Of a DNA stretch of 10,395 bases, positions 1 to 6,195 are shown piece after piece. Each line of letters opens with the position of its first letter. Position 1 is the first letter of the stretch. The notes under the pieces are model-generated. The model had not been told where the DNA came from. It ran no database searches and saw only the letters and a program-made list of their open reading frames with translations. The stretch covers positions 1 to 10,395 of the forward strand of contig CAXTKV010000057.1 in NCBI GenBank assembly GCA_964244895.1, given 5' to 3'. A program made the position numbers and the translations under genes. The stretch is from an uncultured Deinococcales bacterium (lineage in GTDB: Bacteria > Deinococcota > Deinococci > Deinococcales > JAAFIG01).

Positions 1-1
1 G

Positions 2-352
2 ACCAGCACGGTCATTCCGAACGCCGAACCCACCGAACCCGACATGAATTACCTGGGCGGCAAGACCTTCCACACGCTTTTGAACGCCGAACAGTCCGCC
101 ACCGCCAACGCCCTGCGCGAGAACAGCAAGCCCAACCTGACGATCAGCCTGGAGAGCGTCACCGAGGAACCTTTGGCGCACCTGATGCAACTGCTGATGT
201 ATTCCACCGCCGTGATGGGCGAGCTGTGGAACATCGACGCGTTCGACCAGCCTGGCGTGGAATTAGGCAAGAAGTTCACGTATGCGTTGATGGGCAGGCC
301 GGGGTTTGAAGAACTGGCCAAAGAACTGCGCGACGCGGGTGTGGAAGGGTAA
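2..352 (+). CDS. pgi: Glucose-6-phosphate isomerase, C-terminal part (5'-truncated by the window edge)
   Basis: The frame is open from base 2 to TAA at 350-352. It contains the PGI C-terminal signature IDAFDQPGVELGK and LLNAEQSATANAL. Confidence 0.93.
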   Translation, partial: TSTVIPNAEPTEPDMNYLGGKTFHTLLNAEQSATANALRENSKPNLTISLESVTEEPLAHLMQLLMYSTAVMGELWNIDAFDQPGVELGKKFTYALMGRPGFEELAKELRDAGVEG

Positions 353-377
353 ATCTGGAGATTAGGAGATTTGAGGG

Positions 378-809
378 TTGGTTGCATTCATGGACATACA
401 CGAATTCCCGTTAATCTGGCGCTGGACTTCGGCGTCCCACACGATTCTTCCGCCAGATACCCTCCTATCATTGCGGCCATTAAACGCTGATGAGTCAAAT
501 CGGCTTTACAGTAAGGGCGAAGAGATTTTTCGAGTCGATGAAACCAAACCAAACACGCGCTACATCGCTGATGAAACAGAAGCCACTCAAGCTTGGCTCG
601 AAACCTTGCCGTTACCTTGTGACGAGCAAGTGTCCATCGTCTGGAATCGTGCTACTGGACTTTGTTTGCCTTGGAAAACGTTTACCGCATTTTGGAACAA
701 CTTTTGTTACCCATCAAGCGATGATTTGTTTGTCTTTTCTGAGCAAAATACATACGCTCTTGCGTGGAACCACGAAGAGACTTTTGAGTTTGTTGAACGT
801 GAGACTTGA
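378..809 (+). CDS. Hypothetical protein, DUF2947-like (start TTG 378 or ATG 390)
   Basis: 143-aa ORF with AGGAG at 364-368 ahead of TTG 378. The pattern FPLIWRW...LPPDTLLSLRPL...WKTFTAFWNNFCY..DD resembles DUF2947 from memory, not a search. GC is about 47% by hand count over 421-780. Confidence 0.7.
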   Translation: MVAFMDIHEFPLIWRWTSASHTILPPDTLLSLRPLNADESNRLYSKGEEIFRVDETKPNTRYIADETEATQAWLETLPLPCDEQVSIVWNRATGLCLPWKTFTAFWNNFCYPSSDDLFVFSEQNTYALAWNHEETFEFVERET

Positions 810-833
810 GTCCCAACTACTCGAAGATCGAGT

Positions 834-900
834 AATTCTGGGAACACCGTCCAGCACGCGTATTCTCGAGATGAAAAAACACCGTCCAGGACGGTGTTCT
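834..900. repeat. Dispersed palindromic repeat, copy A (full a-b-CTCGAG-a-a' unit)
   Basis: AATTCTGGGAACACCGTCCAGCACGCGTATTCTCGAGATGAAAAAACACCGTCCAGGACGGTGTTC is 62/66 identical to 2310-2375. It holds a perfect 10+1+10 palindrome at 878-898 and lies between convergent genes. Confidence 0.92.
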
Positions 901-914
901 CGTGAAGGGCGATA

Positions 915-2162
915 TCAGGGAAGGCGTGGAAGGCGAACAATCGCGCGGGAACCTTGTCCAGGAATGCTCTCCATCCAGATGCGCCCGCCATGAGCTTCAG
1001 CAATCGCGCGGGCAATCGGCAGGCCGAGCCCGGTTCCGCTCGAGTCGTCGCTGCTGGCGGTCTTTGAGCGGTAGAAACGCTCGAAGACGCGCTCGAGTTC
1101 GTGTTCGTGGATGCCGACGCCGGTGTCTTCGACGCGAAGCTCGATCTCGTGGTCGGCGTCGATGGTGGTGACGCTGACGCGGCCAGCGGCGGGCGTGTAC
1201 TTGCAGGCGTTGTCGATCAGGATCATGACCAGTTGCCGGATCCGATCCGCGTGCCCGATCACGCGTCCGGTCGATGTGATGCTCGAGGTCAGCGCGTGAT
1301 CGCGCGCGAGCGGACGCGATTCCTCGAGGCTGGAGCGCACCAACTGCGCGAAGTCGAGTTGATCGTGCGTTTCCGACTGGGGGACGTTGTTGCGCACGAG
1401 GTGCAGCATGTCGGACACGAGCCTGCCGAGGCGCTCGGTTCCTTGCGTGGCTTCAGTCAGCGCCAGGGCGCGTTCCGCGATGTCCAGGTCGGGATGCCGC
1501 AGGACGACCTCGATGTTGCCCTGGATCAGCGTCAACGGTGTGCGCAGCTCGTGCGAGGCGTCCGCCACGAAGCGTTGCTGGGCGGCGTTGAGGGCTTTGA
1601 GTTGCTCGAGGCGTTCTTCGAGTTCGCGGTTGACCACGGCCAGGGCCTGTTCAGCCAGGGTCGCGCGTTGGGCACTCAGACGCGACTCGAGATCGTCGAT
1701 CACGGACGCGGCCAGATCGGTGATCGTCTCGCGTTGCGCTGGCGTCAGGTCCGGTCGAGGTTTGAAATCGTAGATGCACAGCGTCCCGATGTTGTGACCG
1801 TCGCTGGTGCGCAACGGCGCTCCGGCGTAGAAGCGCACGCCCAACCCCAGCACGATCGGGTTGTCGCGGAAGCGTTCGTCCAGAAGGGCGTCCGGCACGA
1901 CCATCACGCCGTCGGTCAGGATCGTGTAACTGCAGAAGGACAGCGCGCGCGTGTTCTCGCGCAGGTCGGTTCCGATGCAGGCTTTGAACCACTGTCGGTC
2001 GCGGTCGATGAACGTCACCATCGCCACGGGAACCTCGAAGATGCGACTCACCAACCGCACCATGCGCTCGAAGGCCACCTCGTTGGGCGTGTCCATCACG
2101 GCGTAACGCTCGAGGCTGGCGAGCCTTTGGGGTTCAGTATCGGGAATGGTGGCTTCGGTCAT
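915..2162 (-). CDS. GAF-domain sensor histidine kinase (GAF-HisKA-HATPase_c), cytoplasmic
   Basis: N-terminal GAF (EPQRLASLERYAVMDT, SFCSYTI, RFYAGAPL, IGTLCIYD), H-box ASHELRTPL, N-box LIDNACKY, G1 DTGVGI, F-box FERFYR, G2 GTGLGL. ATG at 2162 is preferred over GTG at 2183. No transmembrane segment is evident. Confidence 0.92.
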   Translation of the reverse strand: MTEATIPDTEPQRLASLERYAVMDTPNEVAFERMVRLVSRIFEVPVAMVTFIDRDRQWFKACIGTDLRENTRALSFCSYTILTDGVMVVPDALLDERFRDNPIVLGLGVRFYAGAPLRTSDGHNIGTLCIYDFKPRPDLTPAQRETITDLAASVIDDLESRLSAQRATLAEQALAVVNRELEERLEQLKALNAAQQRFVADASHELRTPLTLIQGNIEVVLRHPDLDIAERALALTEATQGTERLGRLVSDMLHLVRNNVPQSETHDQLDFAQLVRSSLEESRPLARDHALTSSITSTGRVIGHADRIRQLVMILIDNACKYTPAAGRVSVTTIDADHEIELRVEDTGVGIHEHELERVFERFYRSKTASSDDSSGTGLGLPIARAIAEAHGGRIWMESIPGQGSRAIVRLPRLP

Positions 2163-2309
2163 ACGAATCTGTGAAGGATACACGCACCGCAGCGGCGCAT
2201 TGGAAGCGAGAACGACTCAGGGCGTCTCGGATGGTCATGCACCTGGTTTCGGTGCGTTGACGATCAGCGCTGGCGACTGCACCGGTCTCGGCGAGTGTGC
2301 GAGCGACCC

Positions 2310-2376
2310 AATTCTGGGAACACCGTCCAGCACGCATATTCTCGAGACGAAAAAACACCGTCCTGGACGGCGTTCC
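2310..2376. repeat. Dispersed palindromic repeat, copy B
   Basis: Four substitutions against copy A over 66 bp, same orientation. The 14-bp arms GGAACACCGTCCAG (2317-2330) and CTGGACGGCGTTCC (2363-2376) are inverted with one mismatch. Confidence 0.92.
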
Positions 2377-2472
2377 GCATTGATGAGCCCGCTTGGAAGG
2401 TCTCGCAGATTCGTATTTGATCGGCACCGACTGCTCGCGCGAGGCTCGAGACACCGAGACGAGATTCTGTTG

Positions 2473-2497
2473 TAGGCTAAATAAAGAACAGGTGTTA
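2473..2497 (+). promoter_or_regulatory. Putative -10 (TAGGCT) with an adjacent palindromic operator-like site for the RibD-C gene
   Basis: TAGGCT at 2473-2478 lies in a local AT-rich patch and is followed by GAACAGGTGTTA (2486-2497; AACA-gg-TGTT dyad). No convincing -35. Confidence 0.35.
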
Positions 2498-2566
2498 CGG
2501 AATTGATGCCGTGGTTCCGCGCACTCAAACCGCCAGATCGCGCCGCTGCTGACCTCGGAGGTACGA

Positions 2567-3112
2567 ATGGGAACCGTTTTTCTCGACATGGCCATCTCGT
2601 TAGACGGGTTCATCTCCGGCCCGGACAACTCGGACGGTGGGCTGCACGACTGGTATTTTTCACCGACGGGCAAAAGCCAGGGCGTGCTGGACGAATTGCT
2701 GCACGATATCGGCGCGATGATTCTGGGCAAGCGCAGCTTCGGGGATCTACCGGACGGCTGGGATACGCCCTACAAGGTTCCGCATTTCGTGTTGACCCAC
2801 CACGCAAAACCGACCGTAGACCGGGACGGAGCGCAGTTCATCTTCGTGACGGACGGAATCGAACGGGCGTTAGAGGTGGCGAAAACCGCCGCTGGTGACA
2901 GGGACGTGTGCATCTCCGGTGGTGCGAACACGGCGCAGCAGTACCTTCGCGCGGGACTGGTGGATGAACTTCGTCTCCACCTCGCGCCCGTCGTGCTCGG
3001 GCGGGGGCTGCGGTTGCTCGAGCATCTGGAATCGGTCGCGATCAAGTTGGAGCGCACCGGGGTGATCGAAGCGCCCCTGGCGACGCACCTCCGATACCGC
3101 GTTGTGAAGTGA
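2567..3112 (+). CDS. Dihydrofolate reductase / RibD C-terminal domain family protein
   Basis: Motifs MAISLDGFISGP, GAMILGKRSF, FVLTH, DVCISGGANTAQQYLRAGLVDELRLHLAPVVLGRGLRL. RBS GGAGGT at 2557-2562. Confidence 0.92.
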   Translation: MGTVFLDMAISLDGFISGPDNSDGGLHDWYFSPTGKSQGVLDELLHDIGAMILGKRSFGDLPDGWDTPYKVPHFVLTHHAKPTVDRDGAQFIFVTDGIERALEVAKTAAGDRDVCISGGANTAQQYLRAGLVDELRLHLAPVVLGRGLRLLEHLESVAIKLERTGVIEAPLATHLRYRVVK

Positions 3113-3150
3113 ATCCGTTCCTCGAGCGCCGAAAGGTTTTCGCAGCGTTC

Positions 3151-3213
3151 GGAAGACCGTCCGGTACGCCTGTCCTCGAGATGAAAGAACACCGTCCTGG
3201 ACGGTGTTCTTTT
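3151..3213. repeat. Dispersed palindromic repeat, copy C
   Basis: 3151-3210 matches copy A 841-900 at 52/60 positions without gaps and retains the central CTCGAG. Confidence 0.9.
3184..3213. terminator. Probable bidirectional intrinsic terminator formed by the repeat's palindrome
   Basis: Perfect AAAGAACACCGTCC-T-GGACGGTGTTCTTT (3184-3212) has T-rich ends on both strands and lies between the convergent RibD-C and helicase genes. Confidence 0.6.
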
Positions 3214-3242
3214 GGTTCAGCCGCGATCGAGATTGGCGCGGT

Positions 3243-4754
3243 TTAACCTTTATCGCTCGCGGCTCGGGCCCCACCGCGACGGCGGGGACGGCGTTTGCGG
3301 CGCGGTGCATCGGACGTGCCGGACGCGATCGCGACGGCGGGTGTCGCGCTCGCCATCGGCCCGGAGGTTCGGCGTTGGGCTCGCGCCTGTTCGTCGGTGA
3401 CGGAGCGCGCGCCGACCGGAACGGCCTGACGTTGAGGCTCGAGGCCGGGACGCGACGCGGGGCGGCTCGAGTTCGGTTTGTGCTGAGGTTTGGCTTGCGT
3501 CTTCGATGCCGTCTCGTGCTGCGCGCGGCGGTCGGCTTTGGCGGCGGCGTTGGTCCTCGCCTGGGCTTTCTGGGCGCGCATGGCGGCGATCCGTTCCTGG
3601 ACGGGAATTTCCAGGCGCTCGTTGGGTTTTTTGGTGTAGTCGAAACCGTCCAGCTTGACGCGCGGCAGGCTCAGTTTGATGGCCTTCTCGATGTCCCGAA
3701 GCTGAGGTTCCTCGTCGGAGGCCACGAAGGTGAACGCTTCCCCGGTGCGTTCGGCGCGGGCGGTGCGGCCCACGCGGTGGATGTAATCCTCGGGCACGGC
3801 GGGCACGTCGAAGTTGACCACGTGTTCCAGCGCCTCGACATCGATGCCTCGGGCGGCGATATCGGTGGCGACCAGCACGCGGTACTTGCCGGACTTGAAC
3901 CCCGACAGGGCTTCGGTGCGCTGCGATTGCGAGCGGTTGCCGTGGATGCGTTCGGCGTTGACGCCGTGCTTGACCAGGAATTCAGAAACGCGGTTGGCAC
4001 GGTGCTTGGTGCGCGTAAAGACGATCACGTTACCGATCTCGTCGCGCTCCAAGAGCGCCAGAAGGAGCGGCGATTTGAGTTCCTGACTGACCGGGTAGAC
4101 GGCCTGGGTCACGCCGCTGGCGGGCGCAGACTGGCGTTGCGGGTTGATCGTGACCGGGTTTTTCAGGAGTTCTTTGGAGAGTTGCGCGATCGGCGCGGGC
4201 ATGGTCGCCGAGAAAAACAGCGTCTGTTGCGGCTTCGGGATGTGCCGCAGGACGCGCTTGATGTCCGGCAGGAAGCCCATGTCGAGCATCCGATCCGCCT
4301 CGTCGAGCACCAAGACTTCCAGGCCGGAAAGTTTGGCGTAAGCGTGCTGGAAGTGATCCAGCAACCTTCCGGGCGTGGCGACGATGATGTCGACCCCGGA
4401 CTGGAAGGCGCGAACCTGGGGCGGCATCGGCACGCCGCCGAAGATCGCCGCGCCGCGAACGCCCGTGTGCGCACCGAGTTGCTCGACCTGCTCGAAGACC
4501 TGCGCGGCCAGTTCGCGGGTGGGCGTCAGGATCAGGGCGCGGGTCACGCCTCTGGGTTTATCCATCAAGCGTTGCAGGATTGGCAGCACGAAGGCGGCGG
4601 TCTTGCCGCTGCCCGTCATGGCGCAGCCCAGCACGTCGCGGCCCTCGAGCGCCGGTGGAATGGCCTGGGTTTGAATCGGGGTGGGTTTGGTGTACCCCAT
4701 GCTTGCGACGGCTTCCAAAAGTTTCGGATGGAGCGAGAATGGCGAAAAAGACAT
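3243..4754 (-). CDS. rhlE: DEAD-box ATP-dependent RNA helicase, RhlE-like, with a long basic disordered C-terminal tail
   Basis: Q motif GYTKPTPIQ, I AMTGSGKT, Ia PTRELA, GG, Ib TPGRL, II DEAD, III SAT, V ATDIAARGID, VI HRVGRTAR. No DbpA-type RNA-binding domain is evident. The family is certain; the rhlE symbol is a best guess. Confidence 0.9.
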   Translation of the reverse strand: MSFSPFSLHPKLLEAVASMGYTKPTPIQTQAIPPALEGRDVLGCAMTGSGKTAAFVLPILQRLMDKPRGVTRALILTPTRELAAQVFEQVEQLGAHTGVRGAAIFGGVPMPPQVRAFQSGVDIIVATPGRLLDHFQHAYAKLSGLEVLVLDEADRMLDMGFLPDIKRVLRHIPKPQQTLFFSATMPAPIAQLSKELLKNPVTINPQRQSAPASGVTQAVYPVSQELKSPLLLALLERDEIGNVIVFTRTKHRANRVSEFLVKHGVNAERIHGNRSQSQRTEALSGFKSGKYRVLVATDIAARGIDVEALEHVVNFDVPAVPEDYIHRVGRTARAERTGEAFTFVASDEEPQLRDIEKAIKLSLPRVKLDGFDYTKKPNERLEIPVQERIAAMRAQKAQARTNAAAKADRRAQHETASKTQAKPQHKPNSSRPASRPGLEPQRQAVPVGARSVTDEQARAQRRTSGPMASATPAVAIASGTSDAPRRKRRPRRRGGARAASDKG

Positions 4755-4988
4755 GCAGACCAGCGCTTTCCGCGATTCCGTCCCCTCCTCCAGGGCGTGG
4801 AAGGTCGAATCGCGTGTCGGTTCGTTCGTGTGATCCCTGGGTTGTTCTCGGACGCTGGCGGTGAAATGGCCGCGCCGACAGCGCAGCTTACCCGCTTTCC
4901 ATTTTTTCTGCTGGCGCAGCGAGGACGTTGCGAAGCTGAGCGCAGCCGAACATCGCGCTGCACGGCCTTCTTACCCAGCAAGCACTTG

Positions 4989-5007
4989 CGTCTGGGACGG
5001 TCTTTTT
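4989..5007 (-). repeat. Degenerate remnant of the repeat core on the minus strand
   Basis: The reverse complement AAAAAGACCGTCCCAGACG resembles AAAAACACCGTCCCTGACG at 7654-7672 (2 mismatches). Confidence 0.5.
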
Positions 5008-5059
5008 AGTCACCCGATGCTCGAGCCACACCCGCACAGACGCAATCCAACCAAGCAAA

Positions 5060-5081
5060 GTCCGGGAACGCGTTCCTGGAC
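5060..5081. repeat. 22-bp near-perfect palindrome
   Basis: GTCCGGGAACG|CGTTCCTGGAC has one mismatch and shares the GGAAC, GTTCC and CCTGGAC words of the repeat family. Confidence 0.6.
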
Positions 5082-5180
5082 GCGATATCTGCGGCACAAA
5101 GGCAATCGCGCGGAACTCGGGATAGACTTCATCTGTGCCTGAACAACGGCGCGTAATCTCGTCAAATCAACGCGCACCGA

Positions 5181-5210
5181 TTGACTTACGCCAACCGAAC
5201 TGAACATACT
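5181..5210 (+). promoter_or_regulatory. Sigma70-type promoter for the 109-aa orphan
   Basis: TTGACT (5181-5186), 18-nt spacer, CATACT (5205-5210). RBS GGGAGG at 5229-5234 lies 6 nt before ATG 5241. Confidence 0.65.
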
Positions 5211-5240
5211 GAGAAACGTTAAGCCAGAGGGAGGCCGGAC

Positions 5241-5570
5241 ATGGAACTCGCGGGTGGACGGATGGTTCACAGCGGCTGGAGCGCGATCATCGTCGATGGA
5301 CGGATCACGGCCACGTACCCCGACCGCGACGAGGTGATCGGCTTTTTCACGATCATCACCTCGCGCCGCCCGAGCATCCTGAACGGCGAGGTGATCGTGT
5401 CCACGCGCGACGCGGAATTCCTGGTGTCGGTCTTGCAGGCCGACAAAACCAGCCTCAACGGCACGCAAACCTGGCGTTTCGTCGCCAAGCGTTACAACCC
5501 GAACAGGACGCCCGCCGTCAAAGCGGACTCGCCGGACGCGATCGATCACTGGGCAACCATCAGGGATTGA
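5241..5570 (+). CDS. Hypothetical protein (109 aa), no family recognised
   Basis: Clear promoter and RBS, and strong C/G bias at third codon positions like the neighbouring genes. Confidence 0.75.
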   Translation: MELAGGRMVHSGWSAIIVDGRITATYPDRDEVIGFFTIITSRRPSILNGEVIVSTRDAEFLVSVLQADKTSLNGTQTWRFVAKRYNPNRTPAVKADSPDAIDHWATIRD

Positions 5571-5670
5571 AGGTAAAAGCTGAAAGGGGAAAGTGAGGGG
5601 CGAGCGTTCCGAGGTTTCGACCCTCCGATGTTTTCCCATTCGACTTTCCGCTTTTCCCCTTCACCTCTTT
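5568..5670. repeat. Periodic purine-rich tract mirrored by a pyrimidine-rich tract (imperfect long inverted repeat)
   Basis: TGAAGGTAAAAGC/TGAAAGGGGAAAG/TGAGGGGCGAGCG (5568-5606) faces CTTTCCGCTTTTCCCCTTCA (5644-5663). Confidence 0.55.
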
Positions 5671-5724
5671 CTGGGCCTGACTCCCATCGCTCGAGACTTC
5701 ACAAACACGCCCTCTGGTGCGGAG

Positions 5725-5730
5725 TATGAT
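5725..5730 (+). promoter_or_regulatory. -10 element of a probable leaderless bcp-rpiA transcript
   Basis: TATGAT lies exactly 6 nt before GTG 5737. Confidence 0.65.
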
Positions 5731-5736
5731 CTGCGC

Positions 5737-6195
5737 GTGAGCAAAGCACCCGATTTCAAGCTGCTCGATCAGTCCGGCCAGATGCATTCTCTGGCGTCCT
5801 ACGCGGGAAAATGGTTGGTGCTGTACGTCTACCCGAAGGACGACACGCCCGGTTGCACCAAGGAAGCCTGCGATTTTCGCGATCACGTTGGGCACCTGCG
5901 CGAGCTCGGCGCGGAAGTCGTGGGCTTGAGCGCCGACTCGAGCACATCGCACGATAAATTTGCGACCAAACACGGCCTGAACTTCCCGCTTCTGGCCGAT
6001 GACGGCGCGACCACCATCAAGGCGCTCGGCGCGTGGGGCGAGAAGAGCATGTACGGCAAGACCTATGAGGGCATCATCCGCCAGACGTTCCTGATCGACC
6101 CGAAAGGCGAGATCAAGAAGGCCTGGAAAAAGGTGTCTGTGGACGGCCACGTGGCGGACGTGGAAAAGGCGCTGCGCGAGGCTCAAGCGGCATGA
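5737..6195 (+). CDS. bcp: Thioredoxin-dependent peroxiredoxin, BCP/PrxQ family
   Basis: KAPDFKLLDQSG and LYVYPKDDTPGCTKEACDFRD (PxxxTxxC with a second Cys five residues later). The true start is probably GTG 5737, not 5593, which reads through the repeat tract. Confidence 0.93.
   Translation: MSKAPDFKLLDQSGQMHSLASYAGKWLVLYVYPKDDTPGCTKEACDFRDHVGHLRELGAEVVGLSADSSTSHDKFATKHGLNFPLLADDGATTIKALGAWGEKSMYGKTYEGIIRQTFLIDPKGEIKKAWKKVSVDGHVADVEKALREAQAA

Noticed and set aside
490..993. 167-aa ORF and the 2146-2475 ORF sharing the peptide ILGTPSSTxILExKKHRPGR
   Set aside because: The shared peptide is simply the translation of repeat copies A and B. The ORFs overlap better-supported genes.
1101..2174. 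357-aa plus-strand ORF
   Set aside because: Antisense shadow of the histidine kinase, typical of high-GC codon bias; no recognisable motifs.
834..3213. Repeats A-C as a CRISPR array or integron attC sites
   Set aside because: The copies are separated by whole genes (0.8-1.4 kb) in mixed orientations, with no regular spacers and no cas or intI gene in the window.
3325..3332. Cyanobacterial HIP1 (GCGATCGC)
   Set aside because: I noticed only one copy, which is compatible with chance at this GC.
3204..5009. 601-aa plus-strand ORF
   Set aside because: Antisense shadow of the DEAD-box helicase; it starts inside the repeat hairpin with no RBS.
5140..5203. Deinococcal RDRM (DdrO operator) upstream of the orphan gene
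   Set aside because: Only half-sites (GCGTAA, TTACGC) are present, in the wrong order and spacing for the 17-bp TTAYG-N7-CRTAA palindrome.
5593..5736. N-terminal extension of Bcp from GTG 5593
   Set aside because: It translates the repeat tract. Homology begins at SKAPDF and a -10 sits 6 nt before GTG 5737.
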